From contig OZ246887.1 in NCBI GenBank assembly GCA_965231765.1, positions 2,444,538 through 2,508,537 of the forward strand: a stretch of 64,000 bases of DNA, read 5' to 3'. Position 1 is the first letter of the stretch. Each line of letters starts with the position of its first letter. Position numbers and translations under genes: made by a program. This document shows positions 18,398 to 27,633 of the stretch, one piece after another. A model generated the notes under the pieces. It was not told where the DNA came from and made no database searches. It saw nothing but the letters and a program-made list of their open reading frames with translations. The stretch comes from Candidatus Binatia bacterium. GTDB lineage: Bacteria; Desulfobacterota; Binatia; Bin18.

Positions 18398-19213
18398 TCA
18401 GCTTTCATCTTTTTCTCTTATAGCCTCTAACACTCCTTGTGCAATCGATCGAGGCCGCTCGGCAATACCGCTCACAAACTCTTCTTGCCCGCGTGGATCA
18501 ACTTCGGCAATCTTCGTGCCTTGGGCGACGGTAATCCCGTCTTTGGTAATCCCTCGGATAATCCCAGACACCTTGGCGTATACCTCTGCCTCGCCTACCC
18601 GTCCCAAGACTGCTCCTGCTTCGACCTGCGCTCCTACATCCAGCGTCGTTCGAAAAGTCCCACTGATTGGCGCATAGCTATACCGCTCACGCCCATAGCC
18701 CTGAATGGCAATCGGCTGACCGGTGTAGGCTTCCGCACTACCGCTGGTAATGACTTTGCCAAGATTGGGTCCCCGGCTGGTTTCAATAACGACGTGCACG
18801 GTCTCTCCAGCCCGAAATCCAGGTCCGAGGCCGACCACCAATACGGCCTGATCAATTTGTGATTCTGGAATGTCGCGTTTACGCATACGGGCGTCTATCA
18901 AAATGTTTGGCACAAGAGTTGTAAGAACGGTTTCTGCCGGACCGATATACACCGGAATATGCTCTCCCTGCTCAAGTACGTTGGTGAGCGCATCAATAGT
19001 CTCAACCCGTTCAGCCTGGACGCCTTCAAGTTCAATCGTGCCTTCGAAGACGGCTGTGGCAAAGGACATATTTCGGCGAGTAGTAGCAGGATTCGGACTT
19101 TCAACAATCACCGGCTGATAGCCGTTTGTGAAAAGCAGATGGGCCACGGCCGAGCCGACATCCCCCCCACCTTTAATTACAACCAGCCTCGGTGAGATGT
19201 CGTGTGCTGCCAT
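18398..19213 (-). CDS. XdhC/CoxI-like Rossmann-fold protein (possibly YqeB/EF2563-like molybdenum-hydroxylase maturation factor)
   Basis: N-terminal VVIKGGGDVGSAVAHLL dinucleotide-binding motif. 271 aa. The stop is 8 nt from the DUF2939 gene. Confidence 0.35.
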   Translation of the reverse strand: MAAHDISPRLVVIKGGGDVGSAVAHLLFTNGYQPVIVESPNPATTRRNMSFATAVFEGTIELEGVQAERVETIDALTNVLEQGEHIPVYIGPAETVLTTLVPNILIDARMRKRDIPESQIDQAVLVVGLGPGFRAGETVHVVIETSRGPNLGKVITSGSAEAYTGQPIAIQGYGRERYSYAPISGTFRTTLDVGAQVEAGAVLGRVGEAEVYAKVSGIIRGITKDGITVAQGTKIAEVDPRGQEEFVSGIAERPRSIAQGVLEAIREKDES

Positions 19214-19220
19214 GTTTTAT

Positions 19221-19835
19221 CTATTTGGAGCGGTCACGATCATAGCGCTTTTTGAGCTGGGCAATAAGTGCCTTGACATTCGTCACTTCGACGACGCGCC
19301 ACACGCCTTCGTCAGATTTCCGCATATTGACTTCAATCTCTTCCCCATTCTTTATCGGGACAGGAAAATGCCGCATGCCATCTTTCGTTTCTCCGGCAAA
19401 GATCGCTCCGATGATTGCCAAGGTCGGAATTTCGGGCAGATCACGATTGCGATCGGTGATCACTTGCTCAACCACAATGTCAGCCCCAGCCGAGACAACA
19501 TTCCGGATTTCGCCGCTCAAGCTTTTGAGCCCTTGGCGCAACAGGTCAGCTAGTGACCCTCCGGAACTCGGCTTGTCTTCCTTGTGTTGTTTGAACTGGC
19601 CTAATTCATCAAACGCATTCCCGGCCACACTTTCCACATCGACGTACTCGGCAAAGCGCGCGTAATCGTGCGTCTCTAATGCCTGCTTGATCTGATACAG
19701 CGAATAGGCAGGCGTAAATGTCCAAGCGATGCAACTGACAATAACGAATGCAACACCGACACCAGCACCGAGAATGAACTTGTTGAACCACCACGGTTTG
19801 GAAGATTGTCGAGATTGTGTTGAAGGCTGTTCCAT
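19221..19835 (-). CDS. DUF2939-like membrane-anchored protein
   Basis: One N-terminal TM helix, then AYSLYQIKQALETHDYARFAEYVDVESV, typical of DUF2939. Confidence 0.5.
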   Translation of the reverse strand: MEQPSTQSRQSSKPWWFNKFILGAGVGVAFVIVSCIAWTFTPAYSLYQIKQALETHDYARFAEYVDVESVAGNAFDELGQFKQHKEDKPSSGGSLADLLRQGLKSLSGEIRNVVSAGADIVVEQVITDRNRDLPEIPTLAIIGAIFAGETKDGMRHFPVPIKNGEEIEVNMRKSDEGVWRVVEVTNVKALIAQLKKRYDRDRSK

Positions 19836-19994
19836 AGCCCGTCATCATACATCATGCATCCCCTCACCGTCAGCCGTGCTTGGCTGCTTTTTTCGACTCC
19901 TATTCTTGACAGGATCAGGTGAGAAAGCGATAATGACAACATCTATGTTCATTATTGAAACTCATAAGTAAACTAAAATAAAGAGGAAGCTGTC

Positions 19995-20993
19995 ATGCAG
20001 AATTTGCCAGCCCATGCCCACCAAGTTACAGCGAATGGCCCTGCTGTTGTCACCCAGTTTCTCGATATTGAATCTCCAGACATGCGCAACCTGTACGAGA
20101 AGGCCAAGCGTGATCAGTGGAACGCGTCCACCGATATTGACTGGGACAGTGGCCTGGCTCCAGACAGCGGCATCCTGCCCGATGGTCTGATTGATATCTA
20201 CGGCACCAAATATTGGGATCGGCTGAGTGCTCACAAGCGAGTTGAGCTCAATCGCCATTTCTCGGCCTGGCGGATTAGCCAGCTGATGTATGGCGAGCAG
20301 TTTGCCCTGATGGTGTGTGGCCAGATTGCCAACGCCGTGCCGGGCATTGATTCTAAGTTTTTCATGGCTACTCAAGTGATGGATGAGGCGCGTCACTCTG
20401 AGGTGCTCGCCCGTTATCTGTATGAAAAAGTCGGCGTGACTTATCCATTGTCGAACAACCTGAACAAAATGTTCAACCGCGTGCTGGAAAGCCCGCTGTG
20501 GTACCTCAAAACAGTTGGGACTCAGCTAGTGGCTGAGACACTGGCGGTGTCTCTGTTCCGCATGTTAGCCGACCACAGCCCCGACCCGCTGATCAGCGAG
20601 ATCTGCAAGCGTATCCTGTCAGACGAATCGCGGCATATGGGTTTTGGCATGCTCAGCCTGCCCGAACAGGTCGCGGAGCTATCCGAAGAAGAGATCGAAG
20701 AAGCGGAAGACTTTGCTTGCGAAGCCACTGCTGGCTTATTACAGGGCCAGTTCCCCCAACCGGCCTACGAAACAGTTGGTTTTAGTCCCGACGAAATCGA
20801 CGACATCAAGAAGATGCGCTTCGAAGCCGCTCAGAAAAGCGAATATGTGGCCTTCCGTCAGTACTTCAAAAAAGACTTCCACGCTGCGCTGTGGAGCAAT
20901 ATGACTAAGGTCGGTCTGTTGGGTGAGCGGACCATCGGCAAGCTCGGCAAGATGGGTATTCGTGCGCCAGAGCAGAGCGCGGCAGCTGCGTAG
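19995..20993 (+). CDS. ferritin-like diiron oxygenase, AurF-like family
   Basis: Two E-x-x-H motifs (MDEARHSEV and SDESRHMGF) plus an earlier Glu. AAGAGGAAG Shine-Dalgarno. Confidence 0.55.
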   Translation: MQNLPAHAHQVTANGPAVVTQFLDIESPDMRNLYEKAKRDQWNASTDIDWDSGLAPDSGILPDGLIDIYGTKYWDRLSAHKRVELNRHFSAWRISQLMYGEQFALMVCGQIANAVPGIDSKFFMATQVMDEARHSEVLARYLYEKVGVTYPLSNNLNKMFNRVLESPLWYLKTVGTQLVAETLAVSLFRMLADHSPDPLISEICKRILSDESRHMGFGMLSLPEQVAELSEEEIEEAEDFACEATAGLLQGQFPQPAYETVGFSPDEIDDIKKMRFEAAQKSEYVAFRQYFKKDFHAALWSNMTKVGLLGERTIGKLGKMGIRAPEQSAAAA

Positions 20994-21018
20994 CATGTAT
21001 ATCCACTCATTCAGTTGA

Positions 21019-21060
21019 GGGCAGGAGGAATTGTCCAGAAACTGCCCCTTTTGTTTTTTG
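21019..21060 (+). terminator. rho-independent terminator after the AurF-like gene
   Basis: Stem GGGCAG...CTGCCC with a 17-nt loop, followed by CTTTTGTTTTTTG. Confidence 0.55.
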
Positions 21061-21074
21061 TCTTGCCCTTCCTG

Positions 21075-22487
21075 CTATCTTGTCTCCTGCATCGCAAAAA
21101 TATCAATCTCCCGCCACGTTCCCTGGGCAAACCGCCACCAAAATCCCAGCCCGAGTAAAATCACATTGACCGTCCCAGCCAACCACGGTCCAAGCGATTC
21201 AAGATTGGTATACGCCACAGATCCCAAACTGAGTGGGGTAAACACGGCAATTAAGACAAACACGGTCAATCCTGCTGGCCAGTGTGTATCGCCGGCCCCT
21301 CGCAAAGCTCCAAAAAAGGTAATGCCTAGACCGTCAAAGAGCTGGAACGCAACCGCGCACAGCAGAATGTTCGCGCCAAGCTGGATAACCAATGGCTCAG
21401 TACTAAACACCGCAATGAGCGAAAAGCGAAAGATAAAAAAGAACACCCCCATCAGGCCCACATACACCAGGCACAAAAAGAGTGTTTCAAATACACGCTG
21501 AACGGCGGTCTCCAATTTTCCCTCGCCAATATAGCGCCCGACCAGGGCGGACAGTGCCTGCGACAGTCCCATGGCTGGCATGAACGAAATCATCATATAT
21601 TGAATGGCGATATTACTCGCCGCTAAATGTTCCTTACCAAAACGGCCCACGAGCATGATAATCAGCAGCCCCCAGCCCAACACATCAATGGCACTCTGGG
21701 CTCCGGCTGGCCAGCCAATGTGTAACAGCTGACGCATTCGGGTCCAGTCAGGACGCCACGCTGTTCGAGTCGAAAATTCCGTGCAATACGAGGCCGACAG
21801 AAAAAAACTCAGTAACACCCCAATCTGCACCACAAAGCTCAAGACCATGGCCAGCCCAGCTCCAGCCAGCCCCAGCCGTGGAGCACCCCAGTTACCAAAG
21901 ATGAACACATAGTTCAGAACAACATTCGTCACATTGGCCGTGAGCACACCAATCAAAGAAATCCGAGGGCGGTGAATCCCATAGAAAAAGCCGCTCAGCG
22001 CTCCAATGATCACCGACAAGCCAATCCCCCACACTCGGACCCGGAAGTAGTCGACCTCTAACAGCACAACTTCCGGCTCATGCCCAAACAGGGAGAAAAA
22101 TATTGCCGCAAACGGCAACAGTAGTAAGCAGGCCATTCCTACAATCAGCCCAAAGTAGATTCCCTGCCAGGCAAACGCCGCCCCGCTCCGAGGATCGCCT
22201 CGGCCAATGGCCTGAGCTGCGAACGTACTCACACAACGAGTCATACCCAGCGGCAGCGCAGTAATGGTAAAGGCCATAACGCCACCCGGCATGGCTGCCG
22301 CAACTTCTGCAGTACCGACTAAGGACACCATCCAGGTATCGACAAAACCCATCACCGTAAACGAAGCCATAGAGGCAATGATGGGGGAGGCAAGGCCGAG
22401 AATTTCGCGCAGCCCAGCGCGGGTAGGAAATGTCATGCAGCGTCCGTGGAGAGAAAAGACAGGCGATAAGAGTTCTGAGAGCCCCAA
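21075..22487 (-). CDS. MATE family efflux transporter
   Basis: 12-TM MATE-like sequence (REILGLASPIIASMASFTVMGFVDTWMVS). The start is ambiguous: a non-ATG (TTG-type) codon at about 22487 or the ATG at 22436. Confidence 0.85.
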   Translation of the reverse strand: MGLSELLSPVFSLHGRCMTFPTRAGLREILGLASPIIASMASFTVMGFVDTWMVSLVGTAEVAAAMPGGVMAFTITALPLGMTRCVSTFAAQAIGRGDPRSGAAFAWQGIYFGLIVGMACLLLLPFAAIFFSLFGHEPEVVLLEVDYFRVRVWGIGLSVIIGALSGFFYGIHRPRISLIGVLTANVTNVVLNYVFIFGNWGAPRLGLAGAGLAMVLSFVVQIGVLLSFFLSASYCTEFSTRTAWRPDWTRMRQLLHIGWPAGAQSAIDVLGWGLLIIMLVGRFGKEHLAASNIAIQYMMISFMPAMGLSQALSALVGRYIGEGKLETAVQRVFETLFLCLVYVGLMGVFFFIFRFSLIAVFSTEPLVIQLGANILLCAVAFQLFDGLGITFFGALRGAGDTHWPAGLTVFVLIAVFTPLSLGSVAYTNLESLGPWLAGTVNVILLGLGFWWRFAQGTWREIDIFAMQETR

Positions 22488-22586
22488 GCTGACCAGAGGA
22501 ATGGCATACGATCTGGAGACAATATTCCTAAACAGCGCTTTTTATACTAGACTACACAGGAGCCTAAGACAAAGGAGGGTGCATCT

Positions 22587-23150
22587 ATGGCGGCATCGCA
22601 AGGAGCAAAAACGGCAAAAGCAGTCCGGAAGCCGACCACAGCCACTAAAAAACCTGCCCAGCGAACCCAAAATACGAGCCGCACAACATCGAAATCAGCA
22701 GCGGCGCGCGTCACGCCTATGGATGACTATGAAGGCGTTCGTCAGATCCTCAGCCGCTATTGCTTTGCGCTGGACAGTGGCCAGCTGGAAGCGCTCGGCC
22801 TCTTGTTTCATCGCGATGCGAGCTTCTCTGTCTCATTTGAGAGCGGGACCACACATCCTGGCCAGGCAGCGATCCAGGCCTGGTATGAGAAGTTCTTTGC
22901 TCAACAACCAGACCAGTTTCGTTTTATGCGGCATAAAATCTATGAGCCTCAGCTGACCATCGCTGGGAACCAGGCCACATCAGCCGTCTATTTCGACGCT
23001 GAATGGCTGCAGCCCGATGGCCGCGTGCATGTGGTTGCCGGTCGGTATGACGATACGCTGCTCAAGGAGCAAGGGCAGTGGTTTTTTAAGGACCGGGCAA
23101 TTACTGTCTTGTACAACTATACGCCGGGCAAAGGCCAAGAAGGCATGTAA
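22587..23150 (+). CDS. SnoaL-like/NTF2-fold protein with a Lys/Ala/Thr-rich histone-like N-terminal tail
   Basis: AAGGAGGG Shine-Dalgarno. The N-terminal 45 aa are KTAKAVRKPTTATKKPAQRT. The NTF2-like core is QILSRYCFALDSGQLEAL. Confidence 0.5.
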   Translation: MAASQGAKTAKAVRKPTTATKKPAQRTQNTSRTTSKSAAARVTPMDDYEGVRQILSRYCFALDSGQLEALGLLFHRDASFSVSFESGTTHPGQAAIQAWYEKFFAQQPDQFRFMRHKIYEPQLTIAGNQATSAVYFDAEWLQPDGRVHVVAGRYDDTLLKEQGQWFFKDRAITVLYNYTPGKGQEGM

Positions 23151-23181
23151 CAAGCATACAACAGGAAGGAATGTAAGTGAT

Positions 23182-23961
23182 ATGGCAAAATATATCAGTG
23201 TTGACGAAGCGCGGAAAATGTCCGGACTCAGAGTGGTTCTCTCACCAGGCGTGCCCGGTCCGTGGAGTGAGGCGGCCAAAGGCATCTTGCATGTGAAAAA
23301 GATTCCGTACGTACGTGTTGCCCAGGAGATTGGCGGCGCAAACAAAGAGCTGATTGAGTGGTCGGCCCAAGCCACGGCGCCCGTCGCTGTCTGGAACGAT
23401 GAGCCGCCTCGCTCAACCTGGGTAGAGCAGCTGTACTTAGCTGAGCGGCTCGGCCCTGAACCAGCCCTGATCCCAGCTCATATTGAGGACCGAGCGACGA
23501 TGTTCGGCTACTGTAACGAAGTGTGTGGAGAGACTGGGTTTGGCTGGTCAAAGCGCCTGATGTTAGTCCATCCAATCCTGACCGATTCAAACGCCAGCGC
23601 TGAAAATAGTGGCTTTGCCAAATACATTGGCGATAAATATGGCTATGAAACCTCAATCGCTGAAAACGCGCCGCACAAGACGGCAGAGATTATTCAGTTC
23701 CTGTGCAAGCGGCTTGAGGACCAGCGGGCCGCAGGCAGCAAGTTTTATATGGGCAATCAGCTAACCGCGCTTGATATTTACTCAGCCGCGTTTACCGCCC
23801 TGATCAAACCCCTACCAGACGAGCTGTGTCCGATGCCAGCCCCATTCCGAGCCATGTACACAAATGCGAATGAAGTGCTGCAAGCGGCGGTCAAGCCGAT
23901 CCTGTTTGAGCACAGAGATTTTATCTACAACGAGTACCTCGAACTGCCGATCGACTTATAA
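23182..23961 (+). CDS. GST-like (thioredoxin-fold plus helical domain) protein, tentative
   Basis: The ATG at 23182 has an AGGAAGGA Shine-Dalgarno. The N-terminal betaalphabeta motif is GLRVVLSPGVPGPWSEAAKGILHVKKIPY. Confidence 0.4.
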   Translation: MAKYISVDEARKMSGLRVVLSPGVPGPWSEAAKGILHVKKIPYVRVAQEIGGANKELIEWSAQATAPVAVWNDEPPRSTWVEQLYLAERLGPEPALIPAHIEDRATMFGYCNEVCGETGFGWSKRLMLVHPILTDSNASAENSGFAKYIGDKYGYETSIAENAPHKTAEIIQFLCKRLEDQRAAGSKFYMGNQLTALDIYSAAFTALIKPLPDELCPMPAPFRAMYTNANEVLQAAVKPILFEHRDFIYNEYLELPIDL

Positions 23962-24017
23962 AGCTCTCGACTCGTGTCGGGGCGGTTCATGAGCCACCCC
24001 GACTCAATCTCATCGCA

Positions 24018-24668
24018 TCAGTCTAAAAGCCCAAATAGCGTCGAGAAAGACCGAGATTTCGAAGCTTGCTTTTCTCTGGCAAGCGTCTCTTCCTTGTCAG
24101 GGGGAGCTTGAGCAGACATCGTTTCGGCAGGCGTCTCTTGCGTAGGATCGCTCTCTCTGACAAGCGCCTTGGTGGGATCGTCCTCTCTGACGATAGTCAC
24201 TTGCTCGACACTGAGCAGGGTAAGTTTGCGTCTGCGTTGCTGGAACATGGCCTCGATCTGGAGCGGCGTGCCTGGTTGGGCTTGGGAAATTTTAGACAGC
24301 AGATCGCTAGGGCCGATCACATTATAATCAACATTATATTTCCCGGCTTGTTGGAGAATCTGTCGAGAGTTTACAATATATTCGGGATGATTGACCGCTT
24401 TGGCCTCAATCACCTCAAATTGATACGTCTCGCTAAACTTCGCAATGCCAAGGCTGACTAAGGCGAGGCTATCGGGGTCAGGACGAGAATTAATAAACCC
24501 TTTAAACCGGACCTGAAAGGGAGTCCGCGCGTTTTCAGAGGCTGGGTTATCGCCTCCGATGCTAAAAGGCATAAGCGGAACTTGAGCGAGTGCTGACGCC
24601 GCAGTGCTGAGGCTGATCATCACCCCAAGCAGTAACACCACACCAGATTTCCATATTCTCTTCGGCAT
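24018..24668 (-). CDS. secreted hypothetical protein
   Basis: Signal peptide MPKRIWKSGVVLLLGVMISLSTAASALA. No recognised domain. Confidence 0.5.
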   Translation of the reverse strand: MPKRIWKSGVVLLLGVMISLSTAASALAQVPLMPFSIGGDNPASENARTPFQVRFKGFINSRPDPDSLALVSLGIAKFSETYQFEVIEAKAVNHPEYIVNSRQILQQAGKYNVDYNVIGPSDLLSKISQAQPGTPLQIEAMFQQRRRKLTLLSVEQVTIVREDDPTKALVRESDPTQETPAETMSAQAPPDKEETLAREKQASKSRSFSTLFGLLD

Positions 24669-24703
24669 TGCATTCCTCCTGACTTACCAGTCCCAACAGC
24701 TTC

Positions 24704-25192
24704 TTATTGCGTCCGGCGCAGATTTATCTCCAGGAGCTCAAGCGCCGCATGAGTAAACGTCCACATATTGGCTTCCCGGTTAGAGTGCCGAGTTTCGATA
24801 GTACGTGTTTGCTCGACTGGTCCGGCGATGGCGATACAGGCGTGGCCCGCTTCATCACCATACCGGTTACCTGTTGGACCGGTCGCTCCCGTTTCACTCA
24901 GGCCCCAGGTCGTTCCAACAAAATCCTTCACCCCTTGTGCCATCCGGAGCGCATATTGTTCGGTACTCGGCCGGATACCCTCAAATGCATCGTCTGAGAG
25001 GGAGAGGAGGGTCCGTCTCGCCTCCAAGGTGTAAATTACCCCCCCGCCCACGAAATATTCTGAGGCGCCAGGAACGGCGACTAATGCGGCAGAGATAAGT
25101 CCTCCGGCTGACGACTCGGCCACTGCAATCGTTTGCTTACGTTCTTTGAGCAGTTCACCAACAGCCTGTCCCAGAGAGGTCAAATCGTACAT
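24704..25192 (-). CDS. CinA C-terminal domain protein (PncC-like NMN deamidase family)
   Basis: Motif LKERKQTIAVAESSAGGLISAAL. Confidence 0.8.
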   Translation of the reverse strand: MYDLTSLGQAVGELLKERKQTIAVAESSAGGLISAALVAVPGASEYFVGGGVIYTLEARRTLLSLSDDAFEGIRPSTEQYALRMAQGVKDFVGTTWGLSETGATGPTGNRYGDEAGHACIAIAGPVEQTRTIETRHSNREANMWTFTHAALELLEINLRRTQ

Positions 25193-25567
25193 AACAGCTC
25201 CATCTTTTCTCTATGACTACGACCGAGGTCTATCCCATTACTCGTATCCAAACAAGGTGCGCGACACCACCTGGGCGGACGTCTCGACGGACGATTGCAA
25301 GAAAAGCCTTGCTCAGCGGCGAAAGAAAAGAAGTCCAAGATGCCAAATGCCATCCCGAATTTAATCATCAACGAAAAAAGATCAAGCCTGTTTGGTGTCG
25401 TATCATCCGTCCCCTGGTTATGAATTGTCCCCGGTCTGTTTTTCCTGCACGGAAGACCATGCCGAACGTTTCCCACTCCTCGCCCTCTGCCCCGGATTAT
25501 GGTAGACAGCCCGAATAGAAAAAAAGCAGGCAGTCTTCCAAAAGACCGCCCTCAAAGGAGAACGATT

Positions 25568-26350
25568 ATGGAAACACGGTACGGAGACCTTGCAGTTACC
25601 CTGGCAGACCATGTGGCAACGGCTGAGATTCAGCGCCCACCTAATAACTTTTTTGATACGGACCTGATTTGTTCTATCGCCGATGCGTTTGAGGCCTTAG
25701 ATACAGAGAATGATTGCCGCGCTATCGTGCTGGCGGCACAGGGCAAGCACTTCTGCGCGGGTGCAAACTTCCATACCGGTCAGGCAGAACGGGATTTGCG
25801 CGATACCGGAAGCCAGAATCCACTGTATGCCCAGGCCGTACGGCTGTTTGCGTGTAAAAAACCAGTTGTCGGAGCCATTCAAGGGGCTGCGATTGGCGGT
25901 GGCTTTGGGCTGTCGCTGATGCCCGACTTTCGAGTGATTTGCCCGGAAACACGTTTTGCAGCCAATTTTACGAAGCTCGGCTTTCATCCGGGTTTTGGCC
26001 TGACCTACACACTCCCGCATTTGATTGGCGAACAACGCGCAAACCTCATGTTTTACACCGGCCGCCGTATTGGTGGTGAGGAAGCATATGCATGGGGTAT
26101 GGGCGAAGTCCTGACTGAGCAGAGTAATGTACGCAATGCCGCTCTCACGCTTGCCAAGGAAATTGCCGAGAGCGCTCCGTTGGCTGTCCAGTCCGTGCGG
26201 GCGACCATGCGGGGTGATCTGGCGGCGGCAATTAGGACCGCGACGGATCATGAGTTTAAAGAGCAGCACTGGCTGCAGAAGACCGAAGATCACAAAGAGG
26301 GTTTGAAAGCGGTGGCGGAACGGCGGCCAGGGAACTTTGTGGGGAAGTAA
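25568..26350 (+). CDS. enoyl-CoA hydratase/isomerase (crotonase) family protein
   Basis: The ATG at 25568 has an AAAGGAGA Shine-Dalgarno. Crotonase oxyanion region AIVLAAQGKHFCAGANF. Confidence 0.85.
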   Translation: METRYGDLAVTLADHVATAEIQRPPNNFFDTDLICSIADAFEALDTENDCRAIVLAAQGKHFCAGANFHTGQAERDLRDTGSQNPLYAQAVRLFACKKPVVGAIQGAAIGGGFGLSLMPDFRVICPETRFAANFTKLGFHPGFGLTYTLPHLIGEQRANLMFYTGRRIGGEEAYAWGMGEVLTEQSNVRNAALTLAKEIAESAPLAVQSVRATMRGDLAAAIRTATDHEFKEQHWLQKTEDHKEGLKAVAERRPGNFVGK

Positions 26351-26373
26351 CAGATTATTTGTGGAGTAAGAAA

Positions 26374-26408
26374 GTCCCCCCTCGCCCCTCTTTTTCAAAG
26401 GGGGGGAC
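26374..26408 (+). terminator. GC-rich hairpin (8-bp G/C stem, 18-nt loop) after the crotonase gene; no U-tract, so possibly a regulatory rather than a terminator hairpin
   Basis: Inverted repeat gtcccccc ... ggggggac, visible in the sequence. Confidence 0.25.
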
Positions 26409-26554
26409 CAGACACGTTTAGCGTTGTGCACCAGCCCGGACGCTCCCGGATACTCCCGAATACATCCAGAGCGCTCGCTGAGGGAGAGCCGAGAGAGGCT
26501 CTTCTGCTCTCACGAGCCGCCATATATGGTGTCGTAAGTCGAACGGAGATTTGT

Positions 26555-27088
26555 ATGACAACACCCACCGCCCCCCACAATCCACTGACCTGGATTCTCC
26601 CCCTGAGTGCTGGGCTAGCCGCTTTCCTGCTGTGGCTTCCGTACGGAAAACCAGCGGCAACAACAGCAGCCGATTGGATGACAATGCTGCCTACCACCAA
26701 TGCCCTGTTTAATGCACTCAGCGCGTGTTGTTTAATCGGAGGATTGCTGAATATTCGGCGCGGGAACCGAGCCGTCCACATCCGGTTTATGCTGGCCGCA
26801 GTGATCTGCTCCACCTTCTTTTTGGTCGGCTATATCGTGCATCACCATTTTCACGGCGACACCCCATTTCCTGGCCAAGGCTTTATTCGACCAATCTACT
26901 TCACCATCCTGATCAGCCATATTGTCCTGTCCGTTATCGCCCTGCCTCTGGTGTTGACGACGCTCTACTATGCCGCGACAGCGCAGTACCAGACCCACCG
27001 CAAGATTGCCCGCTATACGTTTCCAATTTGGCTGTACGTCTCGGTCACCGGAGTGGCGGTGTTTCTCTTTCTGCAAGCCTACACCTAA
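26555..27088 (+). CDS. DUF420 family integral membrane protein
   Basis: The ATG at 26555 has GGAG upstream. 4-TM protein with the His-rich GYIVHHHFHG region typical of DUF420. Confidence 0.6.
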   Translation: MTTPTAPHNPLTWILPLSAGLAAFLLWLPYGKPAATTAADWMTMLPTTNALFNALSACCLIGGLLNIRRGNRAVHIRFMLAAVICSTFFLVGYIVHHHFHGDTPFPGQGFIRPIYFTILISHIVLSVIALPLVLTTLYYAATAQYQTHRKIARYTFPIWLYVSVTGVAVFLFLQAYT

Positions 27089-27108
27089 GAAGACCGACAG
27101 TAGCTGAG

Positions 27109-27594
27109 CTACAACGGGGTCACTAACAGAGAGTCAATCCGACACGTATCCACAATAACCAGACGCTCTTTGAACTTCGGCTGTTCATTTTCAAAGACAA
27201 TCTGATCTCGGTAGGTGCCGACACTATAGACTTCGGTTGAGCCGTATTGGACGACATCCGCCCAGGTACGAAAGACGACATAATTCGAACGCGCCGCAAT
27301 ACTGCCATCGGCCTGTGGTGTGAGCAGCAGACTACTGACCTGATGCCGATAAAAATGAGGGCCGTAAATATTGGCCTGGCGATGCGCAGTCACCCGGTCG
27401 CTGAGCATCCCTTGGCTGTCACACGATATCAGCGGAATCGGTAAGCCTTGGTCCAGGTTTTCACGCGGCATAACCGTATACAGACACTCCGTCGCAAAAA
27501 AACTCGGCCACTCCTCCAGCTCATCCTCATCAATACAGTGCACGTAGGCGTGGATCAGGTCTTCAACTGCGTAGCGAATCTCTGGTGTTAACAT
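27109..27594 (-). CDS. aromatic ring-hydroxylating dioxygenase beta (small) subunit
   Basis: NTF2-like beta subunit of about 160 aa. It ends 39 nt downstream of the Rieske alpha-subunit gene. Confidence 0.8.
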   Translation of the reverse strand: MLTPEIRYAVEDLIHAYVHCIDEDELEEWPSFFATECLYTVMPRENLDQGLPIPLISCDSQGMLSDRVTAHRQANIYGPHFYRHQVSSLLLTPQADGSIAARSNYVVFRTWADVVQYGSTEVYSVGTYRDQIVFENEQPKFKERLVIVDTCRIDSLLVTPL

Positions 27595-27633
27595 GGCCTC
27601 CCCCTCCCGTTTCGCTTTTCGCTGTCCTTAGTT

